Source: Candidatus Babeliales bacterium
GTDB lineage: Bacteria > Babelota > Babeliae > Babelales > Chromulinivoraceae
DNA: 64,000 nt
Assembly (NCBI GenBank): GCA_018062405.1
Contig: JAGOSF010000005.1
Coordinates: forward strand, 34,720-98,719
Direction of reading: 5' to 3'
The translations under genes were made by a program, and so were the position numbers. A model generated the notes under the pieces. That model had not been told where the DNA came from. It saw nothing but the letters and a program-made list of their open reading frames with translations, and ran no database searches. Shown here piece after piece: positions 27,677-38,493 of this stretch (positions are counted from its first letter, which is position 1; the number at the start of each line of letters is the position of its first letter).

Positions 27677-28750
27677 ATGATAAAAAAAATCGATTTTTTT
27701 TTACTTATTCATATAACGCTCTGTGTTGTAGGGTTACAAGCGAGCAGTCCTCTTGTTGAAATTCAGGGATTGTATAACTTACCTGCGATCAAAGAGCAAA
27801 TTAAAAATATTCAGTTTGAAGAGATTATTTTTGATGCTTTTGTTGATCAATCAAAAACATCAATGCATACACGACGTGCTATTTTAGTCAGAAAAAATAA
27901 TGCTATCGGTACGGTCGTTGTTTGTCATGGATATCTTGGTTGTAAGCGAGATTCAATTGCTTTAAAACATCTATTTCCGCTGTACAATGTCTTAGCTTTT
28001 GATTTTCGAGCTCATGGCGATGATCGAGATGGGCAATTTTCGACTATTGGCCGAGATGAAGCTTTTGATGTTATTGGCGCAGTTTCTGTCGTCAAGTCTG
28101 ACCCTGCAATGAAGGACAAACCGGTGATTGTCTATGGATTTTCTATGGGAGCAGTTTCTGCAATTCAAGCTCAGGCAATGGAGCCAGGTTTATTTGATGC
28201 AATGATTTTAGATTGTCCTTACGATTCGACCGATGAGGCAATGCGTCGAGGGTTAGAAGAAAAAATGAAATGGAATATTTTTGGTAGACAGTTTACGATT
28301 CCAGGCAAAGAATTTATTTTATATCACATGTACGACGATGCATCACGCATGTTAACTGATATTTTGTTTCGAATTATCACGCAACTTGATAGTAAAAAAG
28401 TTATCACAAAATTTGTAAAAGTTATGCCGATAGAATCGGTAAAAAAAATTACGGTTCCTTGTTTTTTTATTCATTGTGAAAATGATAAAAAAGTTCCAAT
28501 TCATGCAGTTGAAGCGTTGTATAATAATAAAGAGCAAGGGTTGAAACGTTTATGGATTACTCCAGGAAAAGGTCATTTTGGTTCGTATCAACATAATCCA
28601 GAGCTCTATTGGTACAAAGTTAATAAATTTTTAATGAAGTTACATCAGCAAGATGCAAGTTCAAGAGTTCAGGCAAAAGTTTGTGATCATCGAACTCGGG
28701 TAACGATTTCAACTGCTCAACTTATCAATAATAAAAGGGATGTTGCATGA
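27677..28750 (+). CDS. Secreted alpha/beta hydrolase
   Basis: CHGY, FDFRAHG, GFSMG nucleophile, ENDKKV, GHF. Confidence 0.85.
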   Translation: MIKKIDFFLLIHITLCVVGLQASSPLVEIQGLYNLPAIKEQIKNIQFEEIIFDAFVDQSKTSMHTRRAILVRKNNAIGTVVVCHGYLGCKRDSIALKHLFPLYNVLAFDFRAHGDDRDGQFSTIGRDEAFDVIGAVSVVKSDPAMKDKPVIVYGFSMGAVSAIQAQAMEPGLFDAMILDCPYDSTDEAMRRGLEEKMKWNIFGRQFTIPGKEFILYHMYDDASRMLTDILFRIITQLDSKKVITKFVKVMPIESVKKITVPCFFIHCENDKKVPIHAVEALYNNKEQGLKRLWITPGKGHFGSYQHNPELYWYKVNKFLMKLHQQDASSRVQAKVCDHRTRVTISTAQLINNKRDVA

Positions 28751-29424
28751 AATTTAAAATATGGATGTTGTTTGTTGTATTGTGTAGCCAAGGGTTAGAT
28801 GCTCGGTATTTTGGCATTAAACATGAAAAGCAGTTTTTTGATGAAATTAACAACCACGAATTTGTTGTTGCATGTTTTTTAAATAATCCAAATTTTGACA
28901 ACGATTTTGATAAAAAATTAAAAAAAGATGTAAATTTGTTGCGTGACACGGTAAAAGCAGCGGCAGATACACAGCCATTTAATAAGTTATTAAAAAAAGA
29001 GGTTGGTTTTTTAGTCATTGATGCTAGCAAAGAAGAGATGCAATCGTTAGTTGATACGTATAAAATCCCGATGAATGGTAAACCTCAATTTTTATTATTT
29101 AAAGACGGAAAAGCTTTGAACACGATGGCTGGTCAGCTTGCAAAGCTTGTTGGGTTTATATCAAAAGCTGATCTTCTTGATTTTATGGGCGATTATTTTG
29201 GAAAAGAATTTGATGATATCTTAGCTAAAAAATCTGATGAGCAAGCGCAAGAGCGAGAAATGCAGTTAGCTCGTTACCAGGCAGCTGGAACATCTCGTTA
29301 TCCGTATGGCAGTTGGGCTCCGTATAATCCATGGGGTTCGCCAGCCGGATATATTTATACTGGTTATGCAGCCTTTTATCCATATGGCTACAGTTACAAT
29401 GGTTACGCTTACTTTCTTCCATGA
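28747..29424 (+). CDS. Secreted thioredoxin-fold-like protein lacking CxxC, with Tyr/Gly/Pro-rich tail
   Basis: ...FLVIDAS...KPQFLLFKDGK pattern; ATGA overlap with the upstream hydrolase. Confidence 0.6.
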   Translation: MKFKIWMLFVVLCSQGLDARYFGIKHEKQFFDEINNHEFVVACFLNNPNFDNDFDKKLKKDVNLLRDTVKAAADTQPFNKLLKKEVGFLVIDASKEEMQSLVDTYKIPMNGKPQFLLFKDGKALNTMAGQLAKLVGFISKADLLDFMGDYFGKEFDDILAKKSDEQAQEREMQLARYQAAGTSRYPYGSWAPYNPWGSPAGYIYTGYAAFYPYGYSYNGYAYFLP

Positions 29425-29570
29425 TCTAAAATTTAGTTAAATATGTAAAAAAGCTTATGTACGCATTTCTGCAAACATAAGCTTTTTTATTTTTGTAAGC
29501 TCTTGATTTAAAAAAATTAATATTTTAGTGTCTATCTATTGTTTGGTCATAAATTTTCTATAAAAAAGGG

Positions 29571-32500
29571 ATGAGTATGAAATCTAAATTTTCAAGTTTA
29601 GTAATCTTAGCAGTGATGTTCCTCGTTGGAACCTCGGGATTTGTTGATGCCGCTGCGTCGGTTGGGAAAGTTGGAGTAACAGCATCTGGAAAAGTTGTTA
29701 GTACTAAGATCTTTAATACTTTTGCAGGTGAATTTGGTGATACTGCGGCAAGATCTTTTATGAAGTCTCTTGGTAAAGAAGGTGTTGAAGCATTATCTAA
29801 AGAAGGGCTTGAAGTGGCTCTTAGTGCGGCAAGAAAATCAGTTGCAGTCGGAGCTGATGATGTTGCAAAGGCTGCTTCGATGGGGTCTCTTGGTAGTTCA
29901 ATAAAAGCATTGAAGGGAATTGGAGCTGATTTTGCAACAATGACTGATGATGTGTTAGTTAAAGCAGGCCAATCACAAGGTAAATTTGTTGATGCGATTG
30001 CTTCTGGTAATATAAATGCTTTGGAGTCTTTTGGTATGAAAGCTGGGGAAGCTAACAAACTTATTAATTTATCTAAGTCTTCAGCAGGAGCTTTAGATAA
30101 TGTAGGTGGAGTTGCTACGAAAAGAATACTCCCTGGAAGTGCTGATGATATAGGAGTTCGTTTAGGAAATGGAGCTAAAGTTGCCGATGATGCTGGAAAA
30201 GTTGCTACAGCAACAGAAGTTAAAGTTGTAGCAGGAGGAGCTGATAATCTTGGTGGAGTTGCTACAAAAGCAGAAACTATCGCTGCAGAACAAGCAGCTG
30301 CAAAAGCAGAAGCGCAAGCTTTAGCTGGGAAAATGGCTAGCACAGAATCAAAAGGCTTTGGTTCTACAGCTAAAAATGCTGTTACTAAAAAAGGTTTGAA
30401 TGGAAGTCAGCAAGGAATATATGTTGAGGCTAAAACTATTGCAACAACAGGTCGAAATGCAGATGGGATTTTAGTATCATCAGCTGAGAAATCTGCAGCA
30501 AGTCACTTAGCAGCAGATTTAGAACTCGAAGCAAGTCGCAGTGCTCTTGGTAACTTTGGACGAAGAGCAGGGGCTTTTAGTGCTAAAGCAGTTGAATACA
30601 GTCTTATGACCATGACTGCTGCGGTGTTATTTATGATTCCATCGATATTTCAATCAGCTTTCTTGGCGCAACAACAAAAAAATGCGTTGTTACAAACCTA
30701 TATTCCACCAACAAAATTTGGTAACGTGGTGTTACAATTGCCTGATTCTGTGATTAACATAGAAAATCCATCAATGTCACAGTTTATTTATTACGGAATC
30801 CCGGTTAATAATCCAGGTGAAAATTTATCAAAACAAGCAAAATCTTTATACAAAGGTGTTTCTAACCCAACAAGTCAAAATAAAATTTCGAAACATATTG
30901 ATAACTCCTATGCAAAAGCATTTACTTTGGGAGCTCAAAAATCGATTCATATTCCGCGATACAACCTTGATGCAACAGCTCAATCAACATTGCCAATATT
31001 TGTATCCTACACTGATCAAAGTTGGTCAGAATGGGCAGCAAATGGAATTCCTGATGCAGCGTTTACTCAAACAATGATCAACTTAAACACCGGGTATATT
31101 TTTTATGCAGATGGTACATCGCAAGGTACGCTACCAGCTCCTTTAGTTGGTCCTGGGACAAATGGAAAAACAGTTGAATCATTCTTATCAAAAAAATATG
31201 GTAGTTTAAAAACAACAGGCTCACAAAGAACTTACACAGAATATGTTGATTCATATTCAAGTTCAAAAGCTGGTTCAATTGCTTCACCGTTGGCAGAACA
31301 GTTTAACTGTGGATGCTTGGCAAATAATGGTGGAGTTTTATCAGAAGAAACATTGCAAACCTGTTCATCGTCAAAATCTTCGAGCTGTTTACTGACTTCC
31401 GTATTAAATCAGTTGTCAGCTGGTTTAGCTATCAACTCTCAAGGTACGGTGATGACGCCAGATCAAGATATGGCAAAAGAAATTGCTCAAGGTGCTCTTG
31501 GTCAAGTGATTCCAATCCAAGGTTTTGGTAATAAATTTGATGAAGTTTTACAGATGTTCCCGGGTGCAGAACAAAATGCAATTGCAAATTCTGGTGTGTT
31601 AACGGTTAGTCTTGGTACAAATCTATCTGCTGCAACGCCAGTAGAAATTATTGGTGCTGATCCAGATAATTATTCAGCAAAAGGTATTTACATTTATCAA
31701 TGTAAAAATACGCCGCTTGCAAAAATGTTAAGAAGTCAGGCTGGTGGTTCTTCTTCTACAGCGTACAATAATTTAATTACTGATTATATTGTCTTTTTAG
31801 ATCAGAATTTAAATCAAGTTCCAATGATGATGCCAATGCAAGATCCAAATAATTATAATTTTATTACTATGGGCTTGAATCCTGCGATTAAATATGTTTC
31901 GACTATTATTGGTAGCTTTGATGCAAATGGAGCATTTAGTTTCTTACCACAATTAAATATCCAGGCTCCTGCAGCACTTGTTGCAAAAGGTTTGCCTGCA
32001 TCATTCCCTCCATTGTATGGTTTACAAGCTAAAAATGGTTCGCTTGCTATTAATTATAACCAAAATTTAACATCAGTTATTGGTACAGTTGCTCAATCAC
32101 TTGCGAGCAATCCTAAATTGGGACAGCAATTTAAAGATATGCAAGCTGCAATGTTACGGCTTTTAACTTCTGGACCTTTTGGAAAATATAAATTAAGCCC
32201 GATCGATGAAGATATGCAACCGATTATTGGTGGCGTTAGTTTAATTCTTTACACAGGCTTTCATGGGTATCCAGTTTCGCAAGACGCAAAAAATGCAAAA
32301 TGTACCGATCTTTTAATACCACTTTCTGCACAAGGTAAAACAGTGGTATTACCATCAAATAATGTTGCAGAATATTATGGTCTTGTTACTGATTTAACCT
32401 ATAGTGTCAATGCAGATGGTACCATTGTAGTTGCTGAAAATGGTTTTGCAAATTCACCGTTATCTCAACAAAAAGATGCTTCTCATAAAGTTGTCTGGTC

Positions 32501-35500
32501 TGTTGATGCAGCAAAAACATCTCAATTTTATTGGGTTGATAAATTAACTGGCATGGGGAAAAAATCTGACCCTGATTTTGCTATGCCAGCATCATTAGTT
32601 GATTTTGTAACACAGGCTCGATCTGCTTGGTTGCAATGGATTGAAGGTGCATCTGCAGGTCAATCTGTTAATAATGAATTTGCTGGAATAACAATACCAG
32701 GGACTTCAAATGTATTGACAATTGTAGGTCAACAAGCATTGAATAATGGTCTGTTTGTTTATACTTGCAGTCCAAACCCATCAACAGAAATGCAAGATTT
32801 CTTTGTGTTAACAAATAGTACGAATCCAACAGTATCTGATCCAAAACTTGGTAGCATGAGCGCTCTATCTGCAACTGGATCTACAAATATGTTGAGCCTT
32901 GTTTCTGGCCAGTTGTATAATGCTTCTGGTGCGTTGGTTCAAAATGGTCCTGCTGTTGATGCTAAGGCTTTAATACAGTCATTGTTTAGCATGAAACCGC
33001 AAGGTTTTTCAGATGATCTTAAAGCAAAATTAAATACAGCATTGAGTCAATCAACTGCATCATCGCAAGCGATTGTCTATCCATTTATGTTTGGTAGCTT
33101 ACAATTAGGTATTTATCAAGCAGACTTAACTGCAGGTAATTATCTGTATCTTAATGCTGCTGGTGCTGGATCTACTGCAAACTTCCAACCAACCGATTAT
33201 TTAGTTTGTATTGATTCTTATACAAGTCCTTCAGTTGTTGGAACAAAATTGTCTTCAACAACGCAATTCATGGTTAGCCTTGTTACTGGACAAGTGTACG
33301 GTCCTACAGGCGCTCAAGATGTTATTGCTCCAAGCTTGTTATCAAGAATTATTGCAAATGAATCTCCTTCGTGGAGATCTGGCCAAGCTCAAGACATTGC
33401 AACTTTGGCAGCCCTTGCGGTAAAGGTTCAACAAAATCAACAACAACAATCAGCACAATTAGAGGCTGCTCCTCTTGCAAATGATGGTTTTGTAACATGG
33501 CCGCAATCAGCAGTTACCACAGTTATTGCAAGCCTTGCATCGCAAAATTTCTTACAATCTCCTTATGATATGATCAAACAAGATCCAACATCTCGTTCTT
33601 ATGTCATGGTATCTCCAGCAAATGTTGATGGAACAGCATTCATGTATACCTTCTTTGATGTTCCAAATAATTTTATTGATGCTGCTGGTAATGCAATGCG
33701 TGTTGGTGCAATGTATGACGAGCAAGGTAATTTATTACGAGTAGTTCAAGGTGTTGAGCTTGCAAGTCTTTTACAGCAATATGGTGTTGCAATTGATGCT
33801 GCTGGTAAACAATATCTTGGTGCAAACAATGTTTTACCAATGATGAAGCTTGACCCAGCAGATGTTGCTCTAAGACCTGGAGTGAGTGGAAAGTCTATGA
33901 TCTATAGTAATGATCCAAGTTTCCCTTCATTTGGTATTGTTTCTCCTATTTCGTATCAAAATAGCCAGTTCTATATATACTTTAACAAGATCACGCAATC
34001 TTATTATGCAATGCAAGTGAGCGGTTCAAACGTATCGTACATCGATATGGCTGGCGGCAACGTGTATAATCTTAATGGACAACCAAAAATGGCATTAAAT
34101 CCTGTTGCAATCAATGGCAATGGAGATTTATTCTTACCATATTTAAATCCAGATAATTTTGTACGTTGTGTCATGAAAAACCCTGCAAATAATAATTATT
34201 GTGATTTCTTGAACTTAGAAGATGGTTTCCAAGCTTTTGCTCAAGATCCTGCAACTGGTGCATCATGTGGATTGAACCAGTTAGTGTCGCTTGATCAAGC
34301 AGCAAACAATGTTAACATTGCTCAAATGCCATTCCCAGAAAGTTTGACAGCAATGCCAGACCTATCGGTTGCAAATCAGTACAATGTCTATGTTGATGAT
34401 GCTTCAGCTGCAATAAGCTATAAAGTAAATCCAGCGTATCAATGGCAGAATTTACAACTCTTACCAATCAATATGCAAACTCGTGCTGTTTTAAGTCCAT
34501 TGCCGGCAGCTGTTTATCAGTTTGCTCGGTTGGTATTTAAAAATAATGTTCCGTTTGCTTGTGTGTTTGCAAATCAATTGTTTAGCAATGCTCAACCATC
34601 AGGACAAAATGCTTATACGTTGACTGCTGGTGCAAATAAAATTGTGGTGTCGGTACTTGTTGATAGTAAAACAAATGTATCATACATTTCTATTGCTGCA
34701 GGTTCAACAACCTACAATTATCAATATAATTTCTTAACGTTGTCAGCAAATCAGTTGCAAGATTATCAACAAAATGCATGGAAAGCTCAAACAGTTGCAG
34801 ATATAACAGGAAGAATTATTCTTGAAGAATCGTTGCCAGTTGATGATTCTGGTAATTTACAGTTATCTGCGGTGAGCATTAAATCAGTTGTCAATCCTCC
34901 TGTTGATGCGGCAAGTCAAAGCGCGTTAACAGCAAGTTTAAGCAATGTTCTTGTTGATGCAGCAAATGGTAGATTCTTGGGTCAAATTTCAGGATCAACT
35001 TATGCTTATGTTCCTCAAGATGGATTTGTTGATTTAGAAAATGGTGTGTTATTTGATGCTTCTGGCATGATGCTTGCGTATACATTGAAGGCAGAAGATC
35101 TCTTAGCTTTATTACAGCAGTTAACAGTTTCTGTTGTTCGTAATAATAACAGCAATGCTTCAGCTCTACGATATCGTCCAGCTGCAGGCGCTGTCTCAGC
35201 TGTTCCGGTAGTAAGTAAATCGATGAGTTCGTCAATGGCGGTTGGATTGCCTGTGCAATCAAGTTCGTCATTAAGCTCATTAGCTCAAGCATCTTCTTCT
35301 GTTCAGCAGTCTCAATCTGCAGTTGTTAATCCAGAAATTATTGCATTACAGCAAAAAAATATTGAATTACAAGCAGATATAAAACAGCGTCAAGCAAGTT
35401 TGAATAGAGAAAAAGTGACGTCTCGTAAAACTGCATTGCAAAATGCAATTTCGATTAATAAGCAACAGATTGCAGCAAATAACAAGCAAATTGCTGTTCT

Positions 35501-35585
35501 TTCTTCATCGACTCAATCTCGATCTGGATTGCTTGGGCGTTTAGGTTCTAAGATTTCTAAAAAGAAAGATAGAAAAAATAAATAG
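29571..35585 (+). CDS. Very large secreted hypothetical protein (2004 aa)
   Basis: Signal peptide; Ala/Gly-rich N-terminus with a hydrophobic segment; long Ser/Thr/Asn/Gln-rich body; coiled-coil and basic C-terminus. Confidence 0.85.
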   Translation: MSMKSKFSSLVILAVMFLVGTSGFVDAAASVGKVGVTASGKVVSTKIFNTFAGEFGDTAARSFMKSLGKEGVEALSKEGLEVALSAARKSVAVGADDVAKAASMGSLGSSIKALKGIGADFATMTDDVLVKAGQSQGKFVDAIASGNINALESFGMKAGEANKLINLSKSSAGALDNVGGVATKRILPGSADDIGVRLGNGAKVADDAGKVATATEVKVVAGGADNLGGVATKAETIAAEQAAAKAEAQALAGKMASTESKGFGSTAKNAVTKKGLNGSQQGIYVEAKTIATTGRNADGILVSSAEKSAASHLAADLELEASRSALGNFGRRAGAFSAKAVEYSLMTMTAAVLFMIPSIFQSAFLAQQQKNALLQTYIPPTKFGNVVLQLPDSVINIENPSMSQFIYYGIPVNNPGENLSKQAKSLYKGVSNPTSQNKISKHIDNSYAKAFTLGAQKSIHIPRYNLDATAQSTLPIFVSYTDQSWSEWAANGIPDAAFTQTMINLNTGYIFYADGTSQGTLPAPLVGPGTNGKTVESFLSKKYGSLKTTGSQRTYTEYVDSYSSSKAGSIASPLAEQFNCGCLANNGGVLSEETLQTCSSSKSSSCLLTSVLNQLSAGLAINSQGTVMTPDQDMAKEIAQGALGQVIPIQGFGNKFDEVLQMFPGAEQNAIANSGVLTVSLGTNLSAATPVEIIGADPDNYSAKGIYIYQCKNTPLAKMLRSQAGGSSSTAYNNLITDYIVFLDQNLNQVPMMMPMQDPNNYNFITMGLNPAIKYVSTIIGSFDANGAFSFLPQLNIQAPAALVAKGLPASFPPLYGLQAKNGSLAINYNQNLTSVIGTVAQSLASNPKLGQQFKDMQAAMLRLLTSGPFGKYKLSPIDEDMQPIIGGVSLILYTGFHGYPVSQDAKNAKCTDLLIPLSAQGKTVVLPSNNVAEYYGLVTDLTYSVNADGTIVVAENGFANSPLSQQKDASHKVVWSVDAAKTSQFYWVDKLTGMGKKSDPDFAMPASLVDFVTQARSAWLQWIEGASAGQSVNNEFAGITIPGTSNVLTIVGQQALNNGLFVYTCSPNPSTEMQDFFVLTNSTNPTVSDPKLGSMSALSATGSTNMLSLVSGQLYNASGALVQNGPAVDAKALIQSLFSMKPQGFSDDLKAKLNTALSQSTASSQAIVYPFMFGSLQLGIYQADLTAGNYLYLNAAGAGSTANFQPTDYLVCIDSYTSPSVVGTKLSSTTQFMVSLVTGQVYGPTGAQDVIAPSLLSRIIANESPSWRSGQAQDIATLAALAVKVQQNQQQQSAQLEAAPLANDGFVTWPQSAVTTVIASLASQNFLQSPYDMIKQDPTSRSYVMVSPANVDGTAFMYTFFDVPNNFIDAAGNAMRVGAMYDEQGNLLRVVQGVELASLLQQYGVAIDAAGKQYLGANNVLPMMKLDPADVALRPGVSGKSMIYSNDPSFPSFGIVSPISYQNSQFYIYFNKITQSYYAMQVSGSNVSYIDMAGGNVYNLNGQPKMALNPVAINGNGDLFLPYLNPDNFVRCVMKNPANNNYCDFLNLEDGFQAFAQDPATGASCGLNQLVSLDQAANNVNIAQMPFPESLTAMPDLSVANQYNVYVDDASAAISYKVNPAYQWQNLQLLPINMQTRAVLSPLPAAVYQFARLVFKNNVPFACVFANQLFSNAQPSGQNAYTLTAGANKIVVSVLVDSKTNVSYISIAAGSTTYNYQYNFLTLSANQLQDYQQNAWKAQTVADITGRIILEESLPVDDSGNLQLSAVSIKSVVNPPVDAASQSALTASLSNVLVDAANGRFLGQISGSTYAYVPQDGFVDLENGVLFDASGMMLAYTLKAEDLLALLQQLTVSVVRNNNSNASALRYRPAAGAVSAVPVVSKSMSSSMAVGLPVQSSSSLSSLAQASSSVQQSQSAVVNPEIIALQQKNIELQADIKQRQASLNREKVTSRKTALQNAISINKQQIAANNKQIAVLSSSTQSRSGLLGRLGSKISKKKDRKNK

Positions 35586-35609
35586 GTTCTAACTTTTTAA
35601 GAGTCAGTT

Positions 35610-35653
35610 ACAATTGCCGGCCAATGAGTATGCACTCATTGGCCGGCAATTGT
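35610..35653. terminator. Perfect 20-bp stem hairpin after the 2004-aa gene
   Basis: ACAATTGCCGGCCAATGAGT-ATGC-ACTCATTGGCCGGCAATTGT; no strong U tract. Confidence 0.6.
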
Positions 35654-35742
35654 TATTAATTTGTTAATGAAAGTTACCTATTTTTTTGATAGACTATCAT
35701 CGTATAACATGGATTTTATATTATATTACGATGAAGGTTATT

Positions 35743-37257
35743 ATGAAAATTCAAACAGCGTTGAGCATGAAGGATTTTATTGCAGTACCAAGTCAAGGTA
35801 TTGCTGTTTTACTTTCAGAAGGTTTTACTGCACAAGATTATGCAGCAGTTTCAAATATGGTAACAACTGATGTTTCTGCGTATTTAGAATTTAAGAAATT
35901 TAAAGGTACCGCTGAATCAAATCTTGTTTTACCAGTGATTCATGATGGGAAAATGATAAAATTTTTCTTTGTAGGTCTTGGAAAAAAAGATAGTTCTGGT
36001 GTTTTAAACATCGAATCATATCGCCGTGCTTTGGGAACTTTGATAACAACAGCTCAAGCTAAAAAATTAGAATCTTTAGTTTTTGCAATCCCGCAAGCTT
36101 CAGATTATGGTGTTGCTGCAGATTTCTTTACACAACAAACAGCTTCGATTGTAGAGATTGCAGGATATAAATTTGATGAATTTATAACTGCAGGCGAAAA
36201 AGCAAAAGATATGATGGTTACGATCTGCTGTGGTACAAATGATGAAAATTTAGTACAAGCAGGTTTTGCAGCTGGTCAAGTTATTGCACAAGCAGTTAAC
36301 AGAGATCGTGATTGGGTTAACACTCCACCAAGCCGCATGACACCAACTCATATCGCAGACAAAGCGCAAGCACTTGCAGAAGGCCAAGGTTTAAAATGCA
36401 CAATTTTCGATGGCAAAAAAATCGAAGAATTAGGTATGGAAGGTTTGCATGGCGTTGCTCGCGGGTCGATTCAAGATCCTCGTTTTGTTATTATCGAATA
36501 TAAATCTAAAAATCCAAACGCTCAGACCATTGGTTTTGTTGGTAAAGGTATTACCTTCGATTCTGGCGGATTAAGTATTAAACCAGCAGATTCTATGGAA
36601 GAGATGAAATCTGATATGGCTGGTGCTGCATCGGTTATCAATTCAATTGTTGCACTTGCTCAATTGCAACCAGATGTGAACATTATCGCAGCTGCTGCAA
36701 TTACCGAAAATTTACCAGGTCACAATGCATTAAAACCTGGCGATATTTTAAAATTCTATAACGGAAAAACTGCAGAAGTTCGTAACACCGACGCAGAAGG
36801 CCGTTTAGTTTTAGCTGATGCGTTATCGTACATCACAAAAAATTATGAGCTTGATGCAGTTATTGATCTTGCGACGTTAACAGGTGCGTGTATTTATGCT
36901 GTCGGGCCTTTCTTTTCTGCGTTACTTTCTGATAACCAAGGTTTTGCTGATAAAGTGAAAGCTGCGGGAACTCGTTCTGGTGATCAGGTTTGGGCTTTAC
37001 CATTTACAACAGATTTTAAAGCTGCAATTAAATCTGATATTGCAGACATGCAAAACGTTGGGAACCGATCAATTGCTGCAGGAACGATAACTGCTGCATG
37101 GTTCTTACGTGAATTTGTTGAAAACGAAACTCCATGGGTTCACCTTGATATTGCAAGCACTTCATTTAATGTTCCAAATACAAGTTATTACCGATCAGGT
37201 GCAACTGGTTCATCAGTTCGTTTATTGATTGATTTAGCAATGAATTGGAAAGCGTAA
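35743..37257 (+). CDS. pepA: Leucyl aminopeptidase (M17)
   Basis: KGITFDSGG, KSDMAGAA, NTDAEGRL, WVHLDIA; start moved to MKIQT (GAAGGT RBS). Confidence 0.95.
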   Translation: MKIQTALSMKDFIAVPSQGIAVLLSEGFTAQDYAAVSNMVTTDVSAYLEFKKFKGTAESNLVLPVIHDGKMIKFFFVGLGKKDSSGVLNIESYRRALGTLITTAQAKKLESLVFAIPQASDYGVAADFFTQQTASIVEIAGYKFDEFITAGEKAKDMMVTICCGTNDENLVQAGFAAGQVIAQAVNRDRDWVNTPPSRMTPTHIADKAQALAEGQGLKCTIFDGKKIEELGMEGLHGVARGSIQDPRFVIIEYKSKNPNAQTIGFVGKGITFDSGGLSIKPADSMEEMKSDMAGAASVINSIVALAQLQPDVNIIAAAAITENLPGHNALKPGDILKFYNGKTAEVRNTDAEGRLVLADALSYITKNYELDAVIDLATLTGACIYAVGPFFSALLSDNQGFADKVKAAGTRSGDQVWALPFTTDFKAAIKSDIADMQNVGNRSIAAGTITAAWFLREFVENETPWVHLDIASTSFNVPNTSYYRSGATGSSVRLLIDLAMNWKA

Positions 37258-37346
37258 TAAGTTTTGTAATTTTTGATACAAAGTAGGTTGTAAGATCAAT
37301 TTTACAACCTACTTTTTTATGTAAAATTTTATATTCTGGAGATCGT

Positions 37347-37685
37347 GTGACGATTCGCTCGACGGGTAAGTTGGGTCACCTTTGCGCAGAAAATATTTGG
37401 GGCTATGGCCGTGAATGTACGACTCAAAAAGCTTTAGAGCAGTGTAATGATTTTGATGTAACAAAAAATCATGGTCACTATATTTTTTCACGAGCGTGTA
37501 AATCTGATATGCCAACAAATTCATCATCAGTGAGTTCTGTTGTATCTTCAGCAATTGCTCAAGAAAGCTTGAAGCGTGAAAATTTAGCAAAAAAACAATT
37601 TGTTCGAGATCGTAAATTTGATTTGGGTCGAGATAGTAAATCTAAGTTGCGTGACGGAAATTTAAGAGGATCTTCAAAAAGATAA
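37347..37685 (+). CDS. Hypothetical protein (112 aa)
   Basis: GTG start with GGAGA RBS; no motif. Confidence 0.4.
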   Translation: MTIRSTGKLGHLCAENIWGYGRECTTQKALEQCNDFDVTKNHGHYIFSRACKSDMPTNSSSVSSVVSSAIAQESLKRENLAKKQFVRDRKFDLGRDSKSKLRDGNLRGSSKR

Positions 37686-37768
37686 ATAGTTTAAAATTGA
37701 TGAGATTTTATTGATTGGGTTAAGAATTAGAAAGCGTAATTATATTCATTTAAATTCAAAGGAAGTTC

Positions 37769-38281
37769 GTGAAGATTTTGAAGTGTGCAGCGATGTTATC
37801 AATCTTATTTGTACCATTTTCAGTTGAAGCGATTGATTTTAAAAAAATATTTGCAGGGATTTTGCTAGGATCACAAGTTGAACAGGCGTCATCGTATTCA
37901 TTTTGCAATAAAACCCCAGATAGACTTTTATTAACTGTGCAATGGACTGCGAAAAGAGATGATTTTAAAGCCTATGTTTTACATAGTGATCAGTGTGTAC
38001 ATGAAGCGCATACGCCAAAAGCCGTTCAAGTTTGTCCAGAAAGCGTTCCTTTTAAAGGGTTTACTGAATATTTAATTTCTACTTGCCCTCATCCTTTATG
38101 TACAGAGCTAGAAGATAAGTCTCGTGGTGCTAAATGGGATATTTTTAAGAAAAAAGATGGGGCACTTGGATTTACTCATCATGAAAATTCAAATTTACGT
38201 GGAAGTGAAAAAACAAAATCTGAGCATTATGGAATGCATCGACGACCAGGTTATATACCTCATGAAGACATGATGAGATAG
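37769..38281 (+). CDS. Secreted Cys-containing hypothetical protein (170 aa)
   Basis: Signal peptide MKILKCAAMLSILFVPFSVEA. Confidence 0.7.
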   Translation: MKILKCAAMLSILFVPFSVEAIDFKKIFAGILLGSQVEQASSYSFCNKTPDRLLLTVQWTAKRDDFKAYVLHSDQCVHEAHTPKAVQVCPESVPFKGFTEYLISTCPHPLCTELEDKSRGAKWDIFKKKDGALGFTHHENSNLRGSEKTKSEHYGMHRRPGYIPHEDMMR

Positions 38282-38493
38282 TGTATACTTTGATTGTGTA
38301 ATAACTTTATAATAACTCTTTTCAAGAATAACTTTTTTGAAAAGAGTTATTTTTTGGACATACTTAACTATACCCATTATTTACGAGAGAGTTTTTTAGG
38401 CAAAGATTTAAAATAAACTACACTTAAGTCAGAAAAAGTCTTTGAGATTTTCTTGCCTTCAAAGACTTTTTCTGTTGTATTTATAAGTATACA

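Noticed and set aside
29558-30343. 261-aa antisense ORF
   Set aside because: Shadow of the Ala/Gly-rich start of the 2004-aa gene.
35661-35870. 69-aa ORF overlapping the pepA start
   Set aside because: Alternative frame over pepA; no support.
37309-37590. 93-aa minus-strand ORF
   Set aside because: Overlaps the plus-strand ORF that has an RBS; likely spurious.
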